Positions 1 to 12,918 of a DNA stretch of 64,000 nt are shown piece by piece. Each line of letters starts with the position of its first letter. Position 1 is the stretch's first letter. Source of the DNA: Octopus vulgaris (taxonomy: Eukaryota); assembly GCA_951406725.2 (NCBI GenBank), contig OX597830.1:71424001-71488000 (forward strand), written 5' to 3'. Made by a program: the position numbers and the translations under genes. The notes beneath the pieces were generated by a model. The model had not been told where the DNA came from. It saw only the letters and a program-made list of their open reading frames with translations, and did not search any database.

Positions 1-241
1 CACACACACACACACACACACATACACACACATACACTTAGCTCATACGCCTTGCCTTCGTCACAGATAATAAATTATGAAAAACAATTTTCCTACTTAA
101 GGCTTTTTACTTAATTCATTATCCCTTCATTGTCTATTGGCTGTGTTGTTTTTTTGTTTGTTTTAGTGTTGCATTTTTGTTTTTCCTTTCTTCATTTCCG
201 TCCATATTTATTCTTTCTATCTTTGAAGCTTTCTTCATTTT

Positions 242-383
<142 letters not shown>

Positions 384-502
384 CACTCTCTCTATTTTCC
401 CCAACTTAAGTACTAGAAATATCTAACTAAAAGTACTTTTAGTTCATATCCTTTGATTTTCATTTAATAATTTGCGTCTTTCTTGCTTTTTTCTTTACTG
501 TG

Positions 503-582
<80 letters not shown>

Positions 583-802
583 AAATGCAATAACCATAAT
601 GTTAGGGACAGTTCTGGTATGTTTTCCAAAACAAGTGTTCACGAAATATCCTAATTCTTTTGGTTTTGAGGTACTTGAGGACATACTTTTTGGGGGTCAT
701 TGCTGCATTTTTACTAACTCTATATAATCTTTGTTTCAGAAAATAATAATGGTAGACCCTCAGTTCACTCAAGAAACGAAGAAGCATGCTGTTATTTTGG
801 TT

Positions 803-852
<50 letters not shown>

Positions 853-1155
853 GTTCTATTGACCTTTGTCCTATTTGTTCCAATTTGCTCCATCTTCAGT
901 GAATATAATATACGTATTAGCTGTGACTAAGCTTAAGGTCTCTCTGATGACATTATATGTAACACTTCTAATTACAACGGATAAGAATTCTTCTTAAAGT
1001 CCAAAGAAACTTACTAATATGAATTTCAATATCTGAAAAAGAAGGTTATGCTGTCTCTAGTATATCGAATTATTTAACTCTATATTAATTTTGATTATAT
1101 GTATGCATATTAACATTGAATTATGCCAGATGAATAAGAGACGAGTGCTGAATGA

Positions 1156-1748
1156 TGCATGGTATAGAGTATTTAAACTGGATATATACATCATCACTGG
1201 ATTTTCACACCGTTGTAAACTTGAGTCGACGCTTATATTACAGGCATGAGATCGCAGTTGCTTGAAACTCGGGTTTCAATAAGCTACATATTCAATATAT
1301 TTTTGCTTACCTTCATCGTGACATGGTTCAATATACTGTGGCTTGGCTTCTTTTTATGATTATTCTTATTGTTATTATTGCTTTCTGCATTCGCCAGTTA
1401 TTGCTGAAAAAGTAATTATTTTCTAACGTACACACACACACACACACACGCTTCTATATATCTTCAGTTATTGCTGCCTTGCATGGTATAGAGTATTCAA
1501 ACTGAATATCACTGGATTCTCAACACGTTGCGAACTTGAGTCGAGAAATAAATTTCTGGCATGAAGATCGCGATTGCTTGAAACTCAAGTTTCAATAAAC
1601 TACATAAGCTATATATTTTTGTTTGCCTTCATTGTGACAGGATGCCATGTACAATAGCTTGGTTTCTTTTTTTCATTATTTTTATTGTTATTATTATTGC
1701 TTTCTGCATTCGCCAATTATCGCGAAAGAAATTGTTTTCTATCGTCTA

Positions 1749-1800
<52 letters not shown>
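1156..1800 (+). repeat. Diverged tandem duplication, two ~320-bp units each ending in (CA)n
   Basis: Units start at 1156 and 1480 with TGCATGGTATAGAGTATT and share AACTTGAGTCGA, TTGCTTGAAACTC and TTATTATTGCTTTCTGCATTCGCCA. Confidence 0.85.
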
Positions 1801-1804
<4 letters not shown>

Positions 1805-2599
1805 CGCACATATTCATTTATTTATTGCTGTCATATATGAATCCCAAATATCGCACTCCATCATCTATTTACCCTTTTCCATCTTAATCTATCTCAGCAT
1901 TGTCTTTGTTTTTTTTTTTGTTTTTATTTTTCTCTTTTCTCTCTTCTTCATTCAACCGTCACTACACCTCCTTCCATCGAAAAAAGCAAAGCTTTCCATA
2001 TATATATATATATTTGTTGTGTTCTAACTTGCTTCGTCCTTCTTCCAATAACAATCTAACACAGTCACACACATGAAAAAACATATGCGTCAATGAAAGT
2101 ATCCTGCCTATCTGTCTGGTTGTTGGTCTTTCTGTCTGGCATATCACGACTGTCTATATAAACAATGTTATGTACTCCCCATTCACGTAATTATATACAG
2201 GACGGCCTTTTTTAATGGAGTTGTTACCTTCTCCAGACGCCAGTAGTTCCACAGTTTCACAATTTGTGTCAAGTATAAACCAGAAGAATGCACTGCAATG
2301 TAAGGTAGTGGTTGTGGTGGTGATGGAAGTGTGGGTGTGCAGCTAAATGGACCGGCTATGCTGCTGAATAACAGATAGGGGAACAGTTTGTTTGTTTTGT
2401 TAGGGCATTACAAAACATTGTACAGAGAAATTTGTCTACTGAAAAACAAAGTCAATGAATCTGATAATTCTTGAAGTCGTGGTTCAGTATTGCTCCAACA
2501 ACCCATCTGGCTGAGACGAAGATTGATAACGATAATCCGCTCTACTATAGGCACAAGTTCTGACATTTTGGGTGTTTCTATCACCATTCTTACATAACC

Positions 2600-2828
2600 T
2601 ATTTCTTTATTACCCACAAGGGGCTAAACACAGAGGGGACAAACAAGGACAGACATAGGTATTAAGTCGATTACATCGACCCCAGTGCGTAACTGGTACT
2701 TATTTTATCGACCCCGAAAGGATGAAAGGCAAAGTCGACCTCGGCGGAATTCGAACTCACAACGTAACGCAGACGAAATACCGCAAAGCATTTCACCTGG
2801 CGTGCTAACGGTTCTGCCAGCTCCTCGC
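2600..2828 (-). mobile_element. tRNA-derived SINE family A (Meta/MESC-domain-like), full length
   Basis: Reverse complement reads GGCGAGGAGCTGGCAGAACCGTTAGC..GTTCGAATTCC (B box)..GCCTTTCATCCTTTCGGGGTCGATAAAATAAGTACCAG; TSD CATTCTTACATAACC at 2585-2599 and 2829-2843. Confidence 0.9.
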
Positions 2829-3950
2829 CATTCTTACATAACCACCATTCAGCGACCGCTTGGATGGGGTTAGCTACGCAGCCTGAGGAAAATTCTAACA
2901 AGGACCCCACACACAAGGCCATCGCTGTTCATTTGGATATGTAGTAGATATGCGTGTACGTTTGTATGTATGTGTTCTGCATGTTCATGTGTTTGTGTGT
3001 GTGTGTGTGTGTGAGTGTGTGTGTATGCGTGTGTCTGTCTGTCTGTGTACCTCTGTCTCCTTGTGTATGCATGTCTGAGTGTGTCTGTGATTGGGATTTT
3101 GTGACTATGTACTGTGCTTGTATGTATGGCTGTGTGTCTCCATATGTGTACTTGTGTGAAGTGTGTGTGTATATGGTCATGTGTTTCAGTCTCCATTTGC
3201 GTATGTATGTGTGTGCGAACTTGTTTGTTCGTATTACCTATATACCTATTCGTCTGTATGTCTATCTCTGTACATTCATATTATCCAAGAACCCAAAGGA
3301 CCCAACCCTCAGACAAATATAGGAGTACTTCCTCATAAATGAAACATCCCCAGTACTAAATAGGAAATATACGTTGTAGGTACTCATACCCCGATACCTA
3401 CAGTTTATATTTATATGCAGGTAGAATAGTTAGTGGGCTGTTATGTAGATATATGTATGTGTGTGTGTATGAAAACGTATACGTATATCTATATGCACAT
3501 GTATGTAGGCAAATGGATATGAATGTAAACAGATAGACATACAGATGGATAGGTACATAGGTAATATGAACAGATAAGCATACATATACACATGCAAACA
3601 CACACACACATACACTTGAAAACACAGAAACACGAACACAGAAACACATGAATATACAGAATACAGTCATACGAACGTACACGCATACATACATATATAC
3701 ATACATACGCACACACACACATACATGCATACATTCACTTACATACATGCATACATACATACATGTGTAGGCGCAAATGCACTGACACACACACATGCGC
3801 ACAAACAAACTAAAAGAAAGCAGCTCGGATAAGCGGACAGAGTCAACGACTATTGAAATGTTTTTAAGACGCAAATAAAGTTTTAGGAATAATAAGTAAA
3901 TGAGTGGAAACTTTACCGGTGAGTGTGTTAAATAATAAGGCACTAAAAGA

Positions 3951-3954
<4 letters not shown>

Positions 3955-3991
<37 letters not shown>

Positions 3992-4086
3992 CATACATAT
4001 ATACATATATATAAACGTATATGCAAATATGCACATATTTATATATATGTGCATGTATATGAATATATGCATATATAAGTGTGTAT

Positions 4087-4117
<31 letters not shown>

Positions 4118-4125
4118 CATATATG

Positions 4126-4162
<37 letters not shown>

Positions 4163-4412
4163 GTCTATACATATACATATATACACCTAAGCATATGTAC
4201 ATGGATATATGCATATATGTATATGAATATGTATAAATATATGTGCATGTATATGTGCGTGTAAATAAGCATATTAACATGCATGTGCATGCATGCATGA
4301 ATGTATTTATACATACACACATAGTTACAAACACACACACACACACCCACACTTATCTACTCATATATGCATTTGTGTGTATGTGTGACTGTGTGTTCTT
4401 CTGTGCGTGTTC

Positions 4413-4480
<68 letters not shown>
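3955..4480. repeat. Compound (TA)n/(TATG)n/(TG)n microsatellite region
   Basis: Direct reading. Confidence 0.9.
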
Positions 4481-4481
<1 letters not shown>

Positions 4482-4894
4482 ACTAATATGTATGCGACAG
4501 AGTGTTTGTTAAGCCTTGATCTTACAATTTAATTGGCTGAGGTGTGCTTCTGCGACTTTACAACCTGCACCATAAAGTAACAAGTTTTCTCAGAGAGGGA
4601 CCACTACCAAACACCGCTCCTAACATCAAACACAATACCAACGAAACACAAATAAAAGTTAAAGCCGTTGTTTCGTCTTATTGAAGTTGTCAGATTTTAC
4701 AACTACATCAAAGACCCTCCAGAATCACAAAAAAAACTGTCTTTCCTCGGCATTTTATTATTTATCTAACATTGGTGAAATGTGTTATTAAACTTAAAAA
4801 GTTTCGATGTGTTAGATTAAGGACAATTAAATTTTTATTTTCATTTTTATTCAAATGGTCTATTGTGTGTGTGTGTGTGTGTGTGTACATGTAC

Positions 4895-5212
4895 TGGCAC
4901 TCCGTCGCTTACGACGACGAGGGTTCCAGTTGATCCGATCAACGGGTCAGCTTGCTCGCGAGATTAACGTGCAAGTGGCTGAACACTCCACAAACACGCG
5001 TACCCCATTACATACTTATCAGGGAGATTCAGCGGGACACACAGTGTGACAAGCCTGACAACTTCAAATGCAGGTATTACTTATTTTTGTCAGTTGAGTG
5101 GACAGGAGCAACGTGAAATAAAGTGTCTGACTCAAGGACACACCGCTGGGAATCGAACTCGCGACCCTACGGCCGCGAGCCGAATGCTCTAACCACTGAG
5201 CCACGAGCTTTC
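4895..5212 (-). mobile_element. tRNA-derived SINE family C with tail type c
   Basis: Reverse complement: GTGGCTCAGTGGTTAG (A box)..GTTCGATTCC (B box)..TGTCCTTGAG.., tail GTTGATCGGATCAACTGGAACCCTCGTCGTCGTAAGCGACGGAGTGCCA. Confidence 0.85.
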
Positions 5213-5781
5213 ACAAGATGGATATAAACATGATACTCTGTTGATCCTACTGGCTTACCTTCCATACCTGCATTCGTTTGTAAAATGTACAATGGTATTA
5301 TGCAATTTATAACATAAACAACACTAGTGCAGGCATGTAAAAATAATCCATTATACGCTAAAATGAATTATTTTACATGAAGTTCGGTGCGAAACGCCCG
5401 TCATCTTATGAATATCAACTGGTGAAATAAATATATTCATCTTACATCTCCCGAATTTCTTTATATTCTATATATATATGAAAGAGAAAAAACACACACA
5501 CACACGCGCATATATATATATATATATATGTGTGTATGTGTGTTTGTGTATGTATATATATATAGTTCGATTCCGACGCGTAGCAAGACACTTTATATAT
5601 ATGTATATATATAATGCTCAGCCATTTGCACGTATTTCACGAGCAAGCTGTTCCGTTGATCGTATCAGTGGGACCCTCGTCGTCGTATATATATATATAT
5701 ACATATATATATACATATATATATACATACATATATATATATATATACATGTATATATATATATACATATATATATACATG

Positions 5782-5812
<31 letters not shown>

Positions 5813-5983
5813 GTATATATAAAGACCTTCGGTCATGAATGACCATGGGATTGCACCAGAAAGTTACCTCTAGACACAAGTCCGGGAAAGGTTGTTTATG
5901 GAAGACAGCAGTCGCCCATGCATAAGCTCCCTCTCCACGCCACCAGTATATGTATATATTTATATAACTGGAGCATATATATG

Positions 5984-6044
<61 letters not shown>

Positions 6045-6216
6045 CATACATATATATAACAGAAGGGTAAAATTTATTAATTAAATTAATTAACAATTTT
6101 ACCAAGTAGATCGGTACGTTAAAATAACCTTTATAGGTAAAATTATCCATATAATTATAATTAGGTTTCAGCTAACTGCTTCACCACATATGTTATCTGA
6201 ACCCTAATTATAAATA

Positions 6217-6251
<35 letters not shown>

Positions 6252-7062
6252 GTGTATATATGTGTGTGTGTTCCCTCCCGTTAGGTTGTTAGGATCTCGG
6301 TAACTTAGCGGTTCGGCAAAAGTGATCATTAGAATAAGTACCAGGCTTTAATAAGATATATTGGTGTCGATTTCTTCGACAAAGCCAATCAAAGAGATGT
6401 CCCAGCACGGATACAATCCTATAACAGAAATCACAAATAGATAAAGAGATCTTACAAAATAACATGTAGTGGGACAGAATGTTAAATAAAAGCTAGGGTA
6501 GGGATATAGTGTATCATAAAAATTAAATGGATATAAATTAGAAATTATAAAATCATTAGAGATAAATAAATTACGAAATGTGTAATAAAACACAATAGCG
6601 AAAATAAAATACAATTAATACGAAATAAAACATGCCAAATCTTGTACGTAGTGGACCACATACACGCACACTCACGAGGTTGTGGAGAAACGAGTGAGCA
6701 GATTGGGTTAAGGTACCCCAGTTTTCTTACCCACCTACTGCTGTCTCGGGCATCAAAGGTTGCTCATTAATACTTTAACATTTTTTTAGTTGTTGAAGTA
6801 GAGAGCAACCTATATATCTCTAGGGTAACAGTGTTCTAGTTCATAGTAATATATTTATATTATTTTTTTTTACCAACAACTGTGCGGCAAGCAAACAAGA
6901 ATTGTGGGCGCGTTGACAAATTTCTTGGATCATTGATGTCGACGTTACCTTTCATCATTTTTTGGGGTAGATAAAATATGTACTAGTTGAGCATTGTAGT
7001 CGATGTAATTGACACGTCTACACCGGCACCACCAAAATTTCTGGCCTTGTGTCAAAGTTAGA

Positions 7063-7152
<90 letters not shown>

Positions 7153-7153
<1 letters not shown>

Positions 7154-7487
7154 AAGGCGCATGGCTCAGTGGTTAGAGCGTCGAGCTTACGATCGTGAGG
7201 TTGTGAGCTCGAATCGCGGACCGGGCTGCGTGTTGTGTTCTTGAGCAAGACACTTATTTTCACGTTGCTCCAGTTCACTCAGCTGTAGAAACGAGTTGCG
7301 ACGTCACTGGTACCAAGCTGTATCGGCTGCTGCCTTTTCTTTGGATAACACTGGTAGCGTGGAGAGGAGAGGCCGGTATGCATGGGCGACTGCTGGTCTT
7401 CCATAAACCACCTTGCCCAGACTTGTGACTAGGAGGGTAACTTTATAGGTGCAATCCCATGGTCAGTGTCGTGACCGAAGAGGGTCC
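7153..7487 (+). mobile_element. SINE family C with tail type b, inserted in (AGT)n
   Basis: GGCGCATGGCTCAGTGGTTAG head; TGTGTTCTTGAGCAAGACACTT body; tail GTGCAATCCCATGGTCA..TGACCGAAG, which also occurs alone at 5822-5945 (-). Confidence 0.85.
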
Positions 7488-7492
7488 CGACC

Positions 7493-7527
<35 letters not shown>

Positions 7528-8229
7528 AGGCGGCGTTTAATGAGGTGAGCTGGCAGAATCGTTTGTACGTTGGCCGAAATGCTTGGCAGTATTTCGTCCA
7601 TCTTTACATTCTCAGTTCAAATTCAACCGAGGTCGGCTTTGTCTTTCATCTTTTCGAGATCGATGCGTTAAGAACAAGAGGAAACACCGGGCTAGATATA
7701 ATCGACTAATCTCCTCCAAAATTTCAAGCTTTGTGACTTTAGTGAAAAGGATATTTCAGGTGGCGTTAAGGTGGAGATATGGCAGAAACATTAGTACGCC
7801 GGACTAAATGTTTAGCAGAATTTCGTCCGTCTTTACGTTCACAGTTTAAATTTTACCTTTCACTTTTTTTAGGGGTAGATAAAATAAGTACCAGTCGAGC
7901 ATTGGGTTCAATATAATTGATTATCCCCCTTCCAACCAAACTTTCAGGCTTTGTTTGTAAGGATTATTATTATGATAAGCGATCAGGCAGAATCATTTAT
8001 GCACCTGTCAAACTCTTACCGGCATTTCTATTGTCTCTGTTACGTTACGAGTTCAAGTTCTACTGCGGTCGACGTTGCTTTTCATCGTTTCTGTGCCGAT
8101 TAAATTAGAGCCAGATGTGTTGTGGAGTTAATGTAAACCACTAATCTCCTCTCATTGAAATTTCTAACCAAATGCCAAAGTTTAAAACTATTATTTTAAC
8201 CAACAACCTGTTCTTCACTTGTCTCCTCT

Positions 8230-9480
8230 GTTTCAACCTCAACTGTGTCTCTATCATTTCTATCTCACCGGAATGGCCATGGTATCACAGGAACACGATT
8301 TTGTTTTTTTAGATGACGGTTTTTATCCCGGTATGACGATGAACATACGTTCATCACGCTCCGTATTTGTCCTCGCTTTTATCCTTACTCCGAGGAGAGG
8401 AAAAATTATTGTTTTGTGTAAATTGTTTCTCCACCTTCCATTTTCTTGACTTCTGCTAGTTTTCTTACATTTTATTTTCTTTTTCTATCTTGTATTTTCT
8501 CCTACATTTTCGATGCTTTCATCTCCAGCTTTTATCTCTCCCTTATCACAGGGTCCTGGATTGGTACTACTAGTTGCTACGTTAGGGGTAAGAATATTTG
8601 CTCCCCTGTTTCTAGGACTTAAGAGGTGATCCCTTTAACCATTTACGGATCTATGACACATGATACTCTAAAAACTCGAACTTTCGTCTCCAATTTCAAA
8701 TTCGGTTAGCTTTCGCTACTTTCCTTTTTAGCGTTCTCGTTTTCTTTATCTTATCAGTTCTTCAGGCGAAAAGGCTCTGAAGTGGCCCTTTTACTATTCC
8801 GTGTATAACAACTAACCGTTTCGCTCTACACCCTCGGCTTCATTTCCATTGTCTTGGCGATATTAACTGGGCACAGCTTCGATACACTTTAATCGCTTTG
8901 GACGGTCATCAAAAGTTTCAAATATATTTGACCGAAACTTGACACTTCTGTTTTAACCAGCCGTCCATACTGCTTTACAAAATTGATGACCAGACACGCA
9001 TGCATATCCCTTCCAATGCAATTAGAAGAAAAACAGTAAATGTAAATGTGTATGTGTGCGTGTGTTCAGCCCGATCAAGTACCCCGTTCCTCTGGAGGAA
9101 GTTCTGCAGCGTGAGCAAATACATCTGAAAACTCACCACTGGGTGGAAAGTACACACACACGGTGTGTGACGCTAAAGACATTTTCATTAATTACTGATA
9201 TAGTTTTCCTTGGTTTACAATTATATGATTTTCAGTCCAGTTCATTTCAATTTTGGAACCCGGCACTTAACTGTATATTCTCCTGCATGATTGCATCCCC
9301 TTCGTTTAAAATAGGCACCGGCAGGCACCTGTGTCTTCCCCAAGTATAAGCAACTATTTGCTTCTATGTGAGAAGCTCTTCGGACCGTCCACAGGTTCTA
9401 TTTTTTATCCTGCTGAGATTCCAGACACCTTCCACAGCCAGTAAAATGAGATGGAAAGCTGGGTTTATCGCTGAGTATCA
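8230..9480 (-). pseudogene. Possible highly decayed LINE ORF1 (gag-like) remnant
   Basis: Minus strand is purine-rich, with a degenerate zinc-knuckle-like stretch near 8780-8820 (SCYTRNSK..GHFRA, needing a frameshift); many stops and frameshifts. 11870-12560 has similar composition. Confidence 0.3.
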
Positions 9481-9665
9481 GAATGTGAGATGAGTTGTAT
9501 TGGGTTTTTATGGTACTAATATCAGAAATAATTAAAGCAATTTATGACATTCATGTATTCCCCCCAAAAGATTTGAAATAAGTATGACAGGAATCGAACC
9601 TTGATTCTGCATGCATGCTCATATTTATCACTATAGAGTTTGGCGCATTTACACGTATCATTTAC

Positions 9666-10080
9666 GAATCTTTTCGGTTTGAACGGCAGTTTTTAACATA
9701 ATTTCTAAGTAACTAAAAAATTCTAAACTTCGTATACTGGTAGAATGTGTTTATAAAACGTCTTTTTCTCTTGGCTTTATTGTGAAAATTCTATAGTTTG
9801 TAAGATATTTGTCGATTTTTTTCTTCAATTTCTGCAATTTCAACCAATCAATGACGTCCATTGAGGTAAAAAAACAAACATTCTGTGCCGTATGGATATG
9901 CCCCTCGTTTAAGAAACAGATTGGATTTATTTACATTTCTGAAGAAAAAAAGATACCCTTCCCCTACCCCTAACCCTAAAACAGATTGAAATGCAATAGA
10001 TCGATACTAGGGTCATAATTATGAGTGACAATTTCATATGACACCACTAGACAATACTGCCGTTCAAACCGAAAATATCC
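9666..10080. mobile_element. MITE / non-autonomous DNA transposon with ~25-bp TIRs and 8-bp TSD
   Basis: Left GAATCTTTTCGGTTTGAACGGCAGT, right ACTGCCGTTCAAACCGAAAATATCC; TSD TCATTTAC at 9658-9665 and 10081-10088. Confidence 0.9.
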
Positions 10081-12626
10081 TCATTTACTAAGTTTACTAT
10101 TTTTGGAAATACTCGGTTTCCCTCATCATTCCTTGGTTGAAGAATTTAAACAAGAATTAGTCAATATCGACGAAAAACCTACACATGAATAACAATGCAA
10201 TTACAGTAAAAATAATAACACTTTAACACTAAAATTTAATTATATGCTATAAAAGTTGGCATATGAATATCGTAATTTATATAATATACAACACCTTATG
10301 GTAAACTCAATATTGGCAATTAAATATTTGAATATTTGATTCTAGATTACTTTGAATATATGTATGTGGCCAAGTCATCTAGCAGCTGGGATTTGATTTG
10401 ATTACCTGTCTGAGAGTAGTTATATCGTATAAGCGAATTTAGAGAAAAAAAAACTGGAGGGGGTGAGACGAAATTCCTCGAGATGGTAACGAATGTCATT
10501 TAAATATTTATTTATACATTGTTGAACATTCATATATGAAGAAGTAAATTTCTGATGAACTGAGCCCGCATTTCGGGTTCGATTTCCTGTTGTATGAATT
10601 CAGCTCTGAATTATAGTTTACAGGATACTGTAAACTATTTCCGTGTTGAAGCTCCTAGGAGTTTGTTCACATGTCCTTTTCCACTAGTACAATTAATTTG
10701 TCATGTGTGGTACAATACTTCGACAGTTATAGCTAATAGTAACAGACAGGGTAAAATTTTGCTGGAAGCATCCTCTTGTGTACGTCAAGCCTGTTCTTGA
10801 AGGCATTACTGGTTATGTATAAGGTGCTATAGAAAAATCATGGCTCTCTCATTTACACGTCTCTTACTCTTTGATTAATTTCTCATGTTCTGCTTTTGTT
10901 TACATAATATTGTTTTGCTTCAGTCAGCCCTGATCAAACAAAAGTATAATGAAAATGTTTTTGTCCTGGCCATCCTAGCCATTTTTTTCTCCGGGAACTT
11001 TTTCTCTCAGAAATGATAGATTATAATTTAGGCAAAAGACCAACAGTTTTGAAGCGAAGAGAAAATTCGAAGTCGATACCACCGACCTCAGTAGGTGATC
11101 CAGAAATGATGAAAAGCAAAGTTGATTGTGTCGCAATTTGAACACGGAACTTAAAAAGCCGGAAAACTACAAAGCATTTTCCCCGAAGTTGTAGCAATTC
11201 GGCCAGCTTAGGTGCCCAACTTTTTTTCTTCAGACATTAATGTTCCACCCCAATTTTCTGCTGAACTGGTAGAGTTTAATATTTCCGGTGGGTAAAACAC
11301 ACCCACATAGTACCAACGATTGTGTATCTACTCCATTTTTAGGAATTCGACTTTGACTAAAAAGCAAGTTACTGGTGGGTAGTATCTTCCAGTTCACTCT
11401 CGCGTTCCTCTACAAGTGGAACTTGAAGATTTTGATGAGGGATCGACATATTATTTATAAGAGGTAAGTGTCTGCCATTAGAACTTTCTGTCTTGTTCAG
11501 CATAGAACAATTTGCATCATGGCCTCCAGACGGGGAGCGAATCCTCATACTGGTTATAACTAACAACTGGATGCGCCTTCTACCCAACAACGAATACACA
11601 AACAATTGTTTCCACGCAAAACCCGTATCCCTAAATGAAACTCATAATTATCAGAAATCCCATTTGCTTATCTCTCTACCTATAAAATCCTTTCATTCCA
11701 AGTTCGAATCCTGCCGAAAGCAGCTTTATTTGTCATCCCTCCAGGGTCGTTAATATAAATTTCCAGTCAGGTACTGGGGGGTCGATGGTATAGACTAACT
11801 CCACCTCCTTTAAAAATGTCTTGCCTTGTACCTAAATAAGAAACTATTATTTCTTTTGAGTTTGCCATTAGTTCTTTTGTAACATTTCTCTATTGTTTTT
11901 GCCCTTATCTATCTCCTTTGGTATAATTATCTTGAAGTTTGTAATATTGTTTCGTTTACATATATTGTACCCTTATTACACTAATCAGTTATTATTTGCT
12001 TGCCTCCGAGTATTTATCTAGACCTATTATTGCCACTTAGTAACTGCTCCCTACTTATATCAAACCACTCCTCTATCATCTGTGTATGGGGTAGGGATAC
12101 TCGTTCTAGGTCTGCTTTAGAAATGGCGCAACCACAACGCAGTAAGTGGGTTTTGTTTTGTTTTTAAAGTTACCCATCTAGACCCTTCAATTTGCTTAGC
12201 TTCCAATTTATTATGATGAAGCTGTAGTTTACGTCTGGGAAAACCTAATGTATTTATAAACATTATCTTATTTCTAGCATTGAGTTATGTTTTTAATATC
12301 AGCCTGGTTCTTTTGTAGTTCTCTTTTCTAATTTTCTCCTCCATTTCGGTGTATTGTATCTTATCAGTTTTACCCACTTCTTCCAAGTACTTCTATGGGT
12401 GGTTTTGTTCCAATTCTCTAATTTCTTGTTGCTTCTGAATCCAGTTTAGGTAGGCGTGACTGAATCGGTATGAAGTCAATGTGAATATCTTACAACATAT
12501 ATTTAATTCATCTTATATTTCGTCTTTAAATTCCCGCCAACTTTCATTTTTCTGGGAGTACAGGAGTCGTGACAAAAATGGTAAAAATTCGGAATGAAAA
12601 TCTTTTGGCATATATTTATCTAATGA

Positions 12627-12918
12627 AGGCGCCTAGCTTAGTGGTTAGGGCATTCGGTTCACGATCGTAAGGCCGTGAGTTCAATTACCGGCGACGCGTT
12701 GTGTCCTTGAGCAAGGCACTTTATTTCACTGTGCTCCAGTCCACCCAGCTGTAATTCAAAGGTCCAGCCTTGTGACATTCTGAGTCATGCTGAATCTCCA
12801 TGAGAACTACGATAAGGGTACACGTGTCTGTGGGGTGCTCAGCCACTTTCACGCTAATTTCACTGGCAGGTTGATCGGATGAACTGGAACCTTCGTCGCC
12901 GTAGCCTACGGAGTGCCA
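12627..12918 (+). mobile_element. SINE family C, tail c
   Basis: GGCGCCTAGCTTAGTGGTTAG head, TGTGTCCTTGAGCAAGGCACTT, ends ACGGAGTGCCA. Other copies at ~30432-30685, 33671-33960 and 39267-39566. Confidence 0.85.

Noticed and set aside
2685-2873. Recurrent ORF MRNWYLxYRPRKDERQSRPRRNLNS (also 20794, 37487, 53065)
   Set aside because: Antisense translation of SINE A, not a gene family.
10550-10590. CTGATGA followed by the GAGCCCG/CGGGTTC hairpin
   Set aside because: Lacks GAAA and the remaining hammerhead or snoRNA elements.
10624-10750. Possible coding exon DTVNYFRVEAPRSLFTCPFPLVQLICHVWYNTSTVIANSNRQ
   Set aside because: Weak donor (GG|GTAAAA) and no recognisable homology.
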